Shown one piece after another: positions 10,149 through 19,657 of a stretch of DNA of 64,000 bases. The stretch is from Solidesulfovibrio magneticus. GTDB lineage: Bacteria > Desulfobacterota > Desulfovibrionia > Desulfovibrionales > Desulfovibrionaceae. Under the pieces are notes generated by a model, which was not told the DNA's origin, did no database searches, and worked only from the letters and a program-made list of their open reading frames with translations. The stretch is taken from assembly GCA_002482565.1 (NCBI GenBank), contig DLGG01000003.1, forward strand, positions 25,462 through 89,461, in the 5' to 3' direction. Numbering within the stretch: position 1 is the stretch's first letter; the number at the start of each line of letters is the position of its first letter. A program made the translations under genes and the position numbers.

Positions 10149-10991
10149 CTACTCCCTGGGCGTAATACGCAGGGCGACAAGTTCGGGCGCGCCCCAGCCC
10201 GGAGCCAGGCGTTCCAGTTCGATCCGGGGCAGTTGCACGACAATGGGCTTTTGGGAGGCGTCCAGCCAGGCCAGCACTGCCAGCATGGCCGCTTCGTTCA
10301 TGGCCGTGCAGCCGACCGTCGGCGCGCCGGGCCGCCGCCAGAGGTGGAAGAAAATGCACGAACCGGCTCCGGGCTTGGTGTCCGGCGCATTGTGGTCCAC
10401 CATGAGGCCGTATCGGTACAGGCCGTCGGGGCGCAGCATCCGGTCGGGCGAGGACCAATCCACGACCGGGACGTTTTTTTCGTCCACGATGCGATTATAC
10501 CAGCGGGAATTGATGCTCTCCACGCACACCGTCTGGTCCGTGACCCGGTGCATAGGCATCTTGGCCGGCTGCCACAAGTCTTCCGGGCGATAGGCGAAGG
10601 CCGTGCCAAAGGCGAACACGCCGGCCGGCGAGCGGCCGTCGCCCTCCACCTTGACCGGTCCCGGGCCAAGGGGCGTCTGGCCGTGAAGGCCACGGCCCCA
10701 GGCCAGGCCATTTTTGCCGAGAGTCACGGCCACGTCGTCGCCCACCGGCCGCCACGCGCCAGGGCCGGAGCGTTCGAAGCGGCGCATGCGGGCTTGATTG
10801 TCGTCAAAGCTCTCCGTCACCACCAGCACGAGCTGACGGGAGCCATCCAGAGGCGATTTGCCGATCTGGACGGTCGGAGATGGGGCGCTGCGCCCGACGG
10901 CTGCCGGGTTCGAGGGGCCGGCCGTGCGGCAGGCGGGCAGACAAAAGAGCAACAGGAGACCGAGCAGCAAAAGCTTAGACGAGCGAACCAT
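10149..10991 (-). CDS. L,D-transpeptidase (YkuD-like) family lipoprotein
   Basis: Signal peptide with lipobox LPAC. EGDGRSPAG and FFHLW...PTVGC His/Cys catalytic motif. GGAG RBS before ATG 10991. Confidence 0.82.
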   Translation of the reverse strand: MVRSSKLLLLGLLLLFCLPACRTAGPSNPAAVGRSAPSPTVQIGKSPLDGSRQLVLVVTESFDDNQARMRRFERSGPGAWRPVGDDVAVTLGKNGLAWGRGLHGQTPLGPGPVKVEGDGRSPAGVFAFGTAFAYRPEDLWQPAKMPMHRVTDQTVCVESINSRWYNRIVDEKNVPVVDWSSPDRMLRPDGLYRYGLMVDHNAPDTKPGAGSCIFFHLWRRPGAPTVGCTAMNEAAMLAVLAWLDASQKPIVVQLPRIELERLAPGWGAPELVALRITPRE

Positions 10992-11312
10992 GACCATCTC
11001 CAAGTAAAAGGTCAAAACGGCATGCCACGCTGAGAGTAACCCACCGAAAGGCTTTATGGGAAGCGTTTCGATGAAAATGCCGTCAGGTGTATGTACGTTC
11101 TGCGATTCGCGTCGTCTTGACATGTTCCCTGGCTATGGCATTGTGCATAGATGGCTGAATATGTAGGCGCATTCACCCGCAACGGTCCCTCGCGACCTCG
11201 ACGACGCAGGGCCGAAAGGACCAGAGCGGTTTGCCCAAAACCTGATTCGCATCACCTCGTGGGCTGACTGGGGCCGGCTGCAACCCATCGCCCCGGACTT
11301 TGGAGTAAACGC

Positions 11313-11720
11313 ATGATCGTATGGGACGAATCCCTGGCCGTGGGCATGGCGGAGATCGATGAACAGCACCAGGCCATCATCCGCCTCATCAATGACCTGG
11401 CCGCCAGACAGGGACAGGCCAAAGAAGCCGACGCCGCCAAGGCCCTAGGGTTCCTGCGCGCTTATCTCCACGACCACTTCGACCTTGAAACCGAACTCAT
11501 GCTCGATCTCGGCTACCCCGAACTCGACGCCCATCGGCAACAGCACGAACTGTTCGCCAATCACGTCATATTTTTCGAGATTGAAAAGGAATTCGGCGTG
11601 GTCAGCGAACAGATGCTGGCCGACATCCTGGTTTTTCTCAAGGAATGGTTCATCAGCCACATCACCAAGGAAGACAAGGCGCTCGGCGAATTCGTCCGCA
11701 CCCAGGCCATGTCGGGGTAG
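11313..11720 (+). CDS. Bacteriohemerythrin
   Basis: WDESLAVG..EIDEQH, HF..E..LM, H...H and W...HI..ED iron-ligand pattern. Confidence 0.93.
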   Translation: MIVWDESLAVGMAEIDEQHQAIIRLINDLAARQGQAKEADAAKALGFLRAYLHDHFDLETELMLDLGYPELDAHRQQHELFANHVIFFEIEKEFGVVSEQMLADILVFLKEWFISHITKEDKALGEFVRTQAMSG

Positions 11721-11733
11721 CGAGAAGGAAGAA

Positions 11734-11790
11734 ATGCCTCCGGCGGGGGGGATGCTCCCCCCGGCCGCCCGCAATGAAAGAAGGGGTTTA
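11734..11790 (+). repeat. REP-like palindromic repeat, copy 4
   Basis: ATGCCTCCGGC, then a G-run/ATGCT/C-run hairpin, then GGCCGCCCGCAAT, 13 nt after the hemerythrin stop. Confidence 0.65.
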
Positions 11791-11826
11791 AAAAAAGAGC
11801 CTGGGCGGCAGTCCGATACGCCCCAG
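11790..11826 (-). terminator. Rho-independent terminator (minus strand)
   Basis: CTGGGGCG...CGCCCAG hairpin followed by GCTC and T7 on the minus strand. Confidence 0.55.
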
Positions 11827-12017
11827 AAAGGGACAAATCATTTTGGCCAGACCGGGATATTGCTGATGCTTCCCAGCCGCACGGCAGCTTCGGCCTGGCA
11901 ACGGCCAAGTTCCGTGGCCCCTCCCCGCTCCGACTCTCCAAGAATGGAAAACTCGCTCGCGACCTGCAACGCACGTCCTTGGACTGCACAAAGACCTCAA
12001 TCACCGCTATCCTCCCG

Positions 12018-12067
12018 AAACAACACGGCCCCGATTCGTGGCGACGAATCGGGGCCGTGTTTTGTTT
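12018..12067. terminator. Terminator downstream of corA
   Basis: AACACGGCCCCGATTCGT / ACGAATCGGGGCCGTGTT long inverted repeat with A/T-rich flanks. Confidence 0.8.
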
Positions 12068-12080
12068 AGAAAACGACGTC

Positions 12081-13016
12081 TTAGAACCAGCGTTTCTTGA
12101 CGAAGACCACGCTCAGGGCAAAAGCAAAGGCCAACGAGGCCAGGACGATATAGGCAAAGGCTTGGGGTTCGTCCTGGAGCGGCAGCTTCACGTTCATGCC
12201 GTAGAGGCCGGCCAGGATGTTGGGAATCATGAGAATGATGGTGAAGCAGGTCAGGAATTTCATGGTGACGTTCAAATTGTTGGAAACGATGGAAGCAAAA
12301 GCGTCCATGAGGCCGCTTAAAATATCGGTGTAGATCTTGGTCATGCTGATGGCCTGTTTGTTCTCAATGAGCGCGTCTTCGAGCAGGTCCCGTTCTTCCT
12401 CGTCCAGGGCGATGATCTTTCGCCTAAGCAGCGTCTTCATGATGAGATTGTTCGATTGCAGCGAAGTGATGAAGTAGACAAGGCTTTTTTCGATATTGAC
12501 CAGGCCAATGAGTTCCTCGTTTCGCGAGGACTTGTGCAGTTCCTGCTCGATGAGGTTGGTGAGCCGGTTGATCTCCCGCAGGTCGGCCAAAAACTGCAGC
12601 GCGTTTCGCTGCAAGAGCTGGATGACGAACCGGCCGGGCCGCTCCGGGGTGCACTGCTTGGCCAGGCCATCGACGAAATGGCGCGTCAGCTCGTTTTCCA
12701 CCTTGGACACCGTCACCACATGATCCCCGGCGACGATGACGCCCTGGGCCACGGTGGCGAAAGGCACACCACCGGAGGTCTCGTCGTTGCGCACCGGCAC
12801 GCGCAGCACCAGCAGCAAAACACCGTCCTCCTGCTCGATGCGCGACCGTTCGTCCACGTCCAGGGGATCGGTGAGAAAATCCAGCGGCACGCCGAGTTCC
12901 CGGACGATATACTGGATCTCGTCCTCGTTCGGATCGACCATGTGAATCCAGCATCTCCGCGTCACGCCGTCGACGATTCGCGGCTTACCGGCCTCGCCGA
13001 TGAAACATTGCATCAT
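12081..13016 (-). CDS. corA: CorA family Mg2+/Co2+ transporter
   Basis: GMN signature (GLYGMNV) between two C-terminal TM helices. D..ERSRIE motif. Confidence 0.93.
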   Translation of the reverse strand: MMQCFIGEAGKPRIVDGVTRRCWIHMVDPNEDEIQYIVRELGVPLDFLTDPLDVDERSRIEQEDGVLLLVLRVPVRNDETSGGVPFATVAQGVIVAGDHVVTVSKVENELTRHFVDGLAKQCTPERPGRFVIQLLQRNALQFLADLREINRLTNLIEQELHKSSRNEELIGLVNIEKSLVYFITSLQSNNLIMKTLLRRKIIALDEEERDLLEDALIENKQAISMTKIYTDILSGLMDAFASIVSNNLNVTMKFLTCFTIILMIPNILAGLYGMNVKLPLQDEPQAFAYIVLASLAFAFALSVVFVKKRWF

Positions 13017-13102
13017 GATGCGGACTCCTTGGAATCAAGAAACATGGGCAAGGGGGCGACATCTTTCAGAAGAGGCTGCGTCGCCATGGGGCCCCCTTGG
13101 AA

Positions 13103-14362
13103 TCAGGCCAGGGAAACGAGCAGTTCGGCCACCTTGCGGCTGTCGGCCTGGCCGGGGTCGTCGGCCCGGGCGAGCGGCACATCCACCACCTCCAGCCCCA
13201 GGCGCTTCACGGCCGGGATGTCCAGGCCGCCATCATAGCGCCCTCCCCGGCTGTCCACGAAAACGAAGCGCAGCAGGTCCTCACGGCGACAGGCCTTGGC
13301 GCAACCGGCTTCCAGGGTGGCCAGGAGCCGGCGCGTCTGGTCGGCCACGGTCAGCCCCTGCTGCTCAGGGTCGTGGCCGAGATTGGGGATATAGACCTTG
13401 GGGCAGTCGGCGGCGGCCACGGCGTCACCGACTCCCTGGGGGAGCAGATTGGCCATGAGGCTCGAATAGAAGCTGCCGTAGGGAAAGCAAATGACCTCGG
13501 CCTGACGGATGAGCTTGTCGGTCTTGTCGCGGATGCGCACGCTGGCCGGCGTCGGGTCGTCCAGGCCGGCCGTCAGCCACAAGGACTCGATGGGCGCGTC
13601 GATGGGCGCGGCTTCCTTGCCGGTCATGTTGTGCTGGCCAATAAGCACCCGGCCGTCTGCCAGACGGCAGGCCAGATGCAGGTCGGCGTTGACGATGGGC
13701 CGCACCACGCCCCGGGCTTCCACGAGCTGCATGAAGAGGTAGATGACCGGATCAAGCATCCGGTTGTAGTTGAAATAGCCGCCGGCCAGGATGCAGTTGC
13801 CGATGCTGGCCCCGCGCAGGTCGAAGTCCTTGGGTCGGCGTTCGTTGAAAAAGCGTAGATGGGTGCGGATGATCTTGCGCAGGGGATCGGGCACCCGGCG
13901 GATAAGCGGGTCCTCGCCGTTCATGATCCGCACGAGTTTAGCCGCCAGTTCGTCCTGGGGCACGTCCTTGGGCAGGCGATGGGCAAAAAGCTCGAACACG
14001 GCCGGATTGCCCGTGATGCTGCGGTCGGCCAGGGCCATGATGCGGTTTCGCAGATCGCCCACGGCCGGCATGCCAAAGGCCTTGCGCAGCACGGCCGAGG
14101 AACCGCCGGAATCAAAGGGCGTGATCAAGTGGATGGAATTGGCGGTGTATTCAATCAGCGTGGTGCTGAGGTCGCGAAGTGCTGTGCCGCCGCTGAAAAA
14201 CAGCACGCGCGGCCCCAGCTCCGGGGCGCGGCGAAAAAGCGCCGCCCGGGACGGGTCCGGCAGGCGCACGGTGCGGGCGATGCGCGCCCGAGGGGAATGT
14301 TTGGCGTCTGGCACGTCGGTTCCTTCAATAGCGTCGAGGCTCGGTACAGGCAAGGTCGTCAT
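13103..14362 (-). CDS. CofD/YvcK (UPF0052)-like protein, resembling the GAK-system CofD-like family
   Basis: FFSGGTAL, TPFDSGGSS..LR, GDLRNR and GSFYSSL motifs. ATGA overlap with the upstream kinase stop. Confidence 0.85.
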   Translation of the reverse strand: MTTLPVPSLDAIEGTDVPDAKHSPRARIARTVRLPDPSRAALFRRAPELGPRVLFFSGGTALRDLSTTLIEYTANSIHLITPFDSGGSSAVLRKAFGMPAVGDLRNRIMALADRSITGNPAVFELFAHRLPKDVPQDELAAKLVRIMNGEDPLIRRVPDPLRKIIRTHLRFFNERRPKDFDLRGASIGNCILAGGYFNYNRMLDPVIYLFMQLVEARGVVRPIVNADLHLACRLADGRVLIGQHNMTGKEAAPIDAPIESLWLTAGLDDPTPASVRIRDKTDKLIRQAEVICFPYGSFYSSLMANLLPQGVGDAVAAADCPKVYIPNLGHDPEQQGLTVADQTRRLLATLEAGCAKACRREDLLRFVFVDSRGGRYDGGLDIPAVKRLGLEVVDVPLARADDPGQADSRKVAELLVSLA

Positions 14363-15417
14363 GGGGGACATCCGTCGGCGCGGCAAAGGATGTCCTGGCA
14401 CATTTCGGCCGCTCGGGAAAAGTCCACGCCGCCGGAGAGGACCATAACCGGCAATTTCCCCAGGGCGGCAAGATAGACGGTCCGGTCGGCCTGTCGCGGC
14501 CCGGCCAGAAACAGCACGCCCAGATCCTTGGCGATGGCCGGGACAAGTTCGGGCGCATCGACAAGGGTGGTCCGGCGCGCGACCACCGGGCCGCCGCCGT
14601 GTTCCCAGCATAACACGGCCAGGGCGCTAAGCCGGGCCCGAAGGCGCACCCGACCCGGCCCGAAACAGGCGTCGATGGGTACGTCGTGCTTGGATTCCAG
14701 CCCCCACAGCGCCTCCGACGGCAAGGCGCCATAAGCGGCCCGCTTGGCCGGGTCAAGGAGCCCGTGCAGCCGGTCATTGCCCAGGATCGTTCCGGGATTG
14801 ACCCGGGGCGGCCGGGCCACGCCGCAGCAGCCGAGGCCGTCTGGGCCGGTGGTCACAAACAGACGGTCGTTGGTGACGAAATCCGCGCCGCGCCGCACCA
14901 GCTCCAGGGCCAGGGTGGTCTTGCCCGCGCCGGCCAGCCCGGCCAGGGCCAGGGCGGCTTCGCCCCGGGCCACGGCGGCGGCATGGAGCAGCGCCGCGCC
15001 CCGGTTCAGTTCCCGGTCGGCCAGTCGGGCGTTGACGGCGTTGACCACTTGCTCGGGCCAGGCGGCGCAGGGGCCGAAAATCCAGTTGCCGATCGGACCG
15101 AAGACGAGCAGCAGCCCGGTGCGGCGCTTGCGCACCAGGCGGCCGTCGGGCAGATCGGCGTACTCTTCCTTGCCGCCTTCGGACTCGTGAGGGACGAAGG
15201 CCAGGTCAAGGTCGGGACTGGGGCCGTCCACGGCCTGGACAACCAGATCGGGCTGGCCGCCGTCGCCCGGAAAGGCGGCGAAATGCCGGGCCAGGGCTTC
15301 GGCCAGGGCCAAACTGTTGGTCTGTACGCGAAGCCGCGTTCCGCCCGGCATGACGTCCACGACATGGGGCACGGGAACGCGGCAGGCAGTGATGACGTCG
15401 GCGCAGGCGGCCGTCAT
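14359..15417 (-). CDS. HprK-related kinase (resembles HprK-related kinase B)
   Basis: LHAAAV, P-loop GLAGAGKTT, DFVTNDRL and PRVNPGT motifs. Confidence 0.85.
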   Translation of the reverse strand: MTAACADVITACRVPVPHVVDVMPGGTRLRVQTNSLALAEALARHFAAFPGDGGQPDLVVQAVDGPSPDLDLAFVPHESEGGKEEYADLPDGRLVRKRRTGLLLVFGPIGNWIFGPCAAWPEQVVNAVNARLADRELNRGAALLHAAAVARGEAALALAGLAGAGKTTLALELVRRGADFVTNDRLFVTTGPDGLGCCGVARPPRVNPGTILGNDRLHGLLDPAKRAAYGALPSEALWGLESKHDVPIDACFGPGRVRLRARLSALAVLCWEHGGGPVVARRTTLVDAPELVPAIAKDLGVLFLAGPRQADRTVYLAALGKLPVMVLSGGVDFSRAAEMCQDILCRADGCPP

Positions 15418-15446
15418 GGGCAAAGGCTCCAAAGGGCAGGCCGACC

Positions 15447-16112
15447 CTAGCGGGGCTGGCATTTCTGGCTGAGGATGACGCCCTTGACGATAAAGACCAG
15501 GATCTCGCCGAGGTTGGCGGCGTGTCCGGCCATGCGCTCGAAACTGCGGCAGGCGAGGATGGCCCGCACCCCGTCCTCGGGCGCGGCCTGGCAACGAGAG
15601 AGCGCCTCGGTGATGCAGCGCATGGCGGCCACGGCCAGTTCCCTGGCCCGCTCGTCCAGGCGGCAGACGTCCATGGCCGCGTCCACGTCGTCCTCGACAA
15701 AGGACCGCGAGGCCAGGGCCAACATGCCGGCCACATGGTCGGAAAGCTCCATGAGCGCGCCGTCGCAGTCGCCCGGAAGCCCGGCCCCGACCAGCGCGCC
15801 CTCGGCGATGTTGACGGCTTCGTCGCCCAGGCGTTCGAGGTTGATGACGGCCCGGGCGTAGCCGACGATACGGCGCAGGTCCAGGGCGACCGGCTGCTCC
15901 AGGGCCAACAGCTTGAGGCAGGCCTCGTCGATGTCGCAGGCCTGCTGGTTGATGGCCTTGTCGCCCTCGATGATCTGGCGGGCCAGGGTCTGGTCGTTTT
16001 GGCGATAGGCGGCCACGGCCCCCTGACGGGCTGTTTCGACCAGCACGGACAGGGCGATGACACGGCCCTTGAGGGCATCGAGTTCGGCGTGAAAATGGGC
16101 TCTGCTTTCCAT
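15447..16112 (-). CDS. phoU: Phosphate signalling complex protein PhoU
   Basis: LALEQPVALDLR and LERLGDEAVNIAE repeat, plus ERMAGHAANLGE. Directly downstream of pstB. Confidence 0.93.
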   Translation of the reverse strand: MESRAHFHAELDALKGRVIALSVLVETARQGAVAAYRQNDQTLARQIIEGDKAINQQACDIDEACLKLLALEQPVALDLRRIVGYARAVINLERLGDEAVNIAEGALVGAGLPGDCDGALMELSDHVAGMLALASRSFVEDDVDAAMDVCRLDERARELAVAAMRCITEALSRCQAAPEDGVRAILACRSFERMAGHAANLGEILVFIVKGVILSQKCQPR

Positions 16113-16174
16113 GAAATGGCTCCCGAAGGCTTGGCGTTGGTTCTGGCGGGGCGACCTATGGCGCGCCTGCGGCA

Positions 16175-16936
16175 TCAGCCGAAACGGCCGGTCACGTAGT
16201 CTTCGGTCTGCTGATTGGCCGGACGGGTGAAGATGGCTTCGGTGGGGCCGACTTCCACGAGCTTGCCCATGTAGAAAAAGGCGGTGAGATCCGAGACCCG
16301 GGCCGCCTGCTGCATGCTGTGGGTGACGATGGCGATGGTGTAGTTGCGCTTGAGCTCGGCGATGAGCTCCTCGATCTTCTGGGTGGCGATGGGGTCCAGA
16401 GCCGAGGCCGGCTCGTCCATGAGCAGCACTTCCGGCTCCAGGGCCACGGCCCGGGCGATGCACAGCCGCTGTTGCTGGCCGCCGGAAAGGCCCAGGGCCG
16501 AATCATGGAGCCGGTCCTTGACCTCGGTGAAAAGCCCGGCCGCGATCAGGCTCTTTTCCACTTGGCTGGAAATGTAATTGCGATCGGTTACACCGCCGAC
16601 GCGAAGGCCATAGGCCACGTTCTCAAAAATCGTCTTGGGAAAGGGGTTGGGCTTTTGGAAGACCATGCCCACCTTGCGCCGCAGCTCCACCACGTCCAGG
16701 CTCGGCACGTTGACCTTGACCCCGTCGAGCAGCACCGCGCCTTCGGTGCGCGTGCCGGCGATGAGGTCGTTCATGCGGTTTAAGCACCGCAGAAAGGTCG
16801 ATTTGCCGCAGCCGGACGGGCCAATGAGCGCCGTGACCCGGCGCTCGGGGATTTCCAGATTGATGCTCTCAAGAGCCTTGAACCGGCCGTAGTAGAAGTC
16901 GAGATCCACCGCGGCCATTTTGACGCTGTGTTGCAT
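16175..16936 (-). CDS. pstB: Phosphate ABC transporter ATP-binding protein
   Basis: [33 protein letters not shown] and DEPASALDP. Ends [10 protein letters not shown]. Confidence 0.96.
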   Translation of the reverse strand: MQHSVKMAAVDLDFYYGRFKALESINLEIPERRVTALIGPSGCGKSTFLRCLNRMNDLIAGTRTEGAVLLDGVKVNVPSLDVVELRRKVGMVFQKPNPFPKTIFENVAYGLRVGGVTDRNYISSQVEKSLIAAGLFTEVKDRLHDSALGLSGGQQQRLCIARAVALEPEVLLMDEPASALDPIATQKIEELIAELKRNYTIAIVTHSMQQAARVSDLTAFFYMGKLVEVGPTEAIFTRPANQQTEDYVTGRFG

Positions 16937-17034
16937 GGGGCGAGCCGTCCTTGGGCGTTTGTGCCGGCCGGGGCGGCATCGCGCCCGGCCGGGTCCGGTA
17001 TGCCCGCCGCCCATGACGAACAGGCCATGGCTTT

Positions 17035-17052
17035 ATGGCAAACCGGTGACAA
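17035..17052 (-). promoter_or_regulatory. Pho-box-like direct repeat upstream of pstB
   Basis: Minus strand TTGTCAC-CGGT-TTGCCAT: two CTGTCAT-like heptamers at 11-bp period, ~100 bp upstream of pstB. Confidence 0.65.
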
Positions 17053-17076
17053 ACGCCGCCTGTGTGCTGAAACGGC

Positions 17077-19383
17077 TCAAACCCGCGCGCCAAGCGGAGC
17101 GCGGCGGTCGCGCACGTAGGAATTGCCGGCCCGGGTCTTGGCGAATTTCTTGACCTCCGCCACCCGCTGGCTGAACTCCTCGGCGCTGAAAGGAATCTCG
17201 AAGGCGCAATCGACGATGCCCATGGACAGCGACACGAGCGGAAACATGCCCGGCGCGCCGTCGCGGGACTTGCCGGCGATGGCACCGCGCCGACGGTCTT
17301 CGGGGCTGTAATGGTCGCCGATGGCTGCCGCAAAGGCCTCAATGGCCCGCTGGCACAGGCCTTCGGCCTCTTCACGCGGGGTGATGCACACGAAATCGTC
17401 GCCGCCCACGTGGCCGAGAAAACAGTCCGGCCGGCCGCGCAGGGCCTCGGCCAGCACTCTGGCCGTCAGCAGAATCACCTTGTCGCCGTTGGAAAAGCCG
17501 TAGGCGTCGTTGTAGACCTTGAAGTTGTCGAGATCGACGTAGACGCAGCTGGCCGGCCCGCCGACCTTGGCCCGACGCCCGACTTCCAGTTCAATGGCCA
17601 TGTTGCCGGGCAGTCCGGTCAAGGGGTTGAGGCCCTTAGCCAGCTCCACCTGCACCTGGGCCAGGGAGTCGAGCATCTTTTGCACCGAGACCGTGCCGAC
17701 GAGCAGTCCGGTCTCGTCCACCACCACAATGTCGTCATAGACCATGGCCGGGTCGCGATTCATGGCCTGCCGGGCCACGGCCTCCACGGCCTGGGCGGCC
17801 TCGGCGACAAGCGGCTTGTCGTTCATGATGCGGGTGACGGATTTGTGACCGAAAAGGGAATTGCCGTAACGGGAACTGAGCCGGCGATCCAAATGGTAGT
17901 TCATGAGGATGCCTACCGGCCGGCCAGCGGCGGCCACCACCACGTTGGTCATGGGCGGCCGGTCGGCCAAAAGCCCGCGCACCTCGTCCACGGTGGTGTC
18001 CTCGGCCACGGTAAGGCAGACCTCGGCCAGATTGCCGATGGGAGCCGAGGACTGCCAACCGCCGCCGCCCAGGATGTCGAAATTCGCCTTGGGCGGCAGC
18101 TTGGCCACCTGCTCCGGCTTGGGACAGGCCGGCTCGCCGAAATGCGGCCCCAAAGCGGCATGAACGCCCATGGAGGCCACCGTGGACAGGGCCATTTCCG
18201 AGGCGATGCCGGCCACGGCCAGACGCGCGCCGATTTTTTCCGATAAAAGCGCCAGGGTTTCGAGCATCACCCGTTTGAAGGGATTGGCTTCCACGGCCTC
18301 GGCCAACTCCGGACAAGTCTTGATCCAATCGGGCCGGGCCCGGGAGAGGAGCAACAAGTTGGACGCCCCGCCGCCCACGTCGTCGGCGGCCAACGCAAAC
18401 CCGGCGGCCCGGTGAGGCTCCAGGCGTTCGAAAAGGCAGGACAGATCGCCCAGGACGTTTTTCTCGGAAACGCACAACACCACGTCGGCCGGGGACAGCC
18501 CCAGGCGCTCCAGATCGGCGGCAAGCCTGGGAGGAGCAAAGGCCGGGTCGTCGAGGCTGGCGTGGCGGATGGGCAAAAAGAGTTTTCGCCGTTCGCCCAA
18601 AGGCCCCAGGCGGGACAGGGCCAACTCCCGGAAGAGCCGGTCCAGGGCCGCTTCCTCGCCGCATGTGGCGGCAAAGGCCCAGAGGTGGCCGACGCCGGCA
18701 AACGGCCCGTCCGATTCGCCCCGGATGGAGGCTGCCCAGCCAAGCACGCCGCCGCCGGCCAGATCGACCAGTGGCTGGTAGCGCACGTCGCACTCACGAG
18801 CGGCAAGGAGGCGCTCAAAAGCCTGATGCAGTCGGCGGCGTTCGTCGTCGAAACCGTGCTTGCCCAGGCACTGGGCCTGGCACAAGGCCCGCAACAACTG
18901 GCGCGGGCCGGCTCCGGCGGCGGCGTCCAGGCGGGCATAGCCGACCTCCACGACGAGCGGTCGCCCGGCCAAACGGCTGAAACGCTGCGACAGCGGCCCG
19001 GCCAGGGCGGCCCGGAAAGCGGCGAAATACCCCAAAACCGCGCCCGGATCGCGGCAACTTGGCCCCTGGGCAAAAACGCAGGCCTGGGAGGCGACCCCGG
19101 TTTCCTGGAACCGTAGCGCCCGACAGCCCGGAAAATGACCGGCGAATCCCTCCCGAACGGCCTCGGCCAACTGGCGCAAAATCTCGAAGCCGGTCTCCAG
19201 GTCAATCTCCGGCAAGAGGCTGGCGAAATCGGCGATCGCCGCCGTCACCACGCCCATTTCCCCGCACGCGGTCTCCAGGCCGTCGCACAGGCCCGAGCCG
19301 TCGTCAGAGCCGGCCTCCAAAGGCCCGGGACGGGAGCGCAACGCCCCTTTGACGTAGGGCGGATGGTCGTTGTTCCATTCCAT
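17077..19383 (-). CDS. EAL (degenerate)-CBS-GGDEF domain protein
   Basis: YQPLVDL start of an EAL domain, with DDVGGG and PDWIK. CBS pair, then NPLTGLPGN, DLDNFK.YND.YG and GHVGGDDF. Confidence 0.88.
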   Translation of the reverse strand: MEWNNDHPPYVKGALRSRPGPLEAGSDDGSGLCDGLETACGEMGVVTAAIADFASLLPEIDLETGFEILRQLAEAVREGFAGHFPGCRALRFQETGVASQACVFAQGPSCRDPGAVLGYFAAFRAALAGPLSQRFSRLAGRPLVVEVGYARLDAAAGAGPRQLLRALCQAQCLGKHGFDDERRRLHQAFERLLAARECDVRYQPLVDLAGGGVLGWAASIRGESDGPFAGVGHLWAFAATCGEEAALDRLFRELALSRLGPLGERRKLFLPIRHASLDDPAFAPPRLAADLERLGLSPADVVLCVSEKNVLGDLSCLFERLEPHRAAGFALAADDVGGGASNLLLLSRARPDWIKTCPELAEAVEANPFKRVMLETLALLSEKIGARLAVAGIASEMALSTVASMGVHAALGPHFGEPACPKPEQVAKLPPKANFDILGGGGWQSSAPIGNLAEVCLTVAEDTTVDEVRGLLADRPPMTNVVVAAAGRPVGILMNYHLDRRLSSRYGNSLFGHKSVTRIMNDKPLVAEAAQAVEAVARQAMNRDPAMVYDDIVVVDETGLLVGTVSVQKMLDSLAQVQVELAKGLNPLTGLPGNMAIELEVGRRAKVGGPASCVYVDLDNFKVYNDAYGFSNGDKVILLTARVLAEALRGRPDCFLGHVGGDDFVCITPREEAEGLCQRAIEAFAAAIGDHYSPEDRRRGAIAGKSRDGAPGMFPLVSLSMGIVDCAFEIPFSAEEFSQRVAEVKKFAKTRAGNSYVRDRRAPLGARV

Positions 19384-19424
19384 TGGGGTATTCCCTGGTC
19401 GGGGTCGGGACAGCAGAGGGCCGC

Positions 19425-19622
19425 TTATCCGGCGTGGCGGGCCTGAAGCATCGACAGGAGCAATTCCGCCAGCTCCTCCCGCGAGGAGGCCCGGGCGGCG
19501 AGCAGACCATAGCGACGGGCTAGATCCCGCTGTCCCAGAGACAACAGCACCTCACGTCCCTGGCGGACGAAATCACGCCGTTCGGCTTCGCCTATTCCAG
19601 GCGTTTCCCGCCGTGGTTCCAT
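19425..19622 (-). CDS. Small hypothetical helical protein (65 aa)
   Basis: AAGGTG RBS-like site. Co-oriented first gene upstream of the GGDEF gene and just downstream of a Pho-box-like repeat. Confidence 0.55.
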   Translation of the reverse strand: MEPRRETPGIGEAERRDFVRQGREVLLSLGQRDLARRYGLLAARASSREELAELLLSMLQARHAG

Positions 19623-19657
19623 GAATGCACCTTGGGACAGGCAGACGGCCGCGACAA

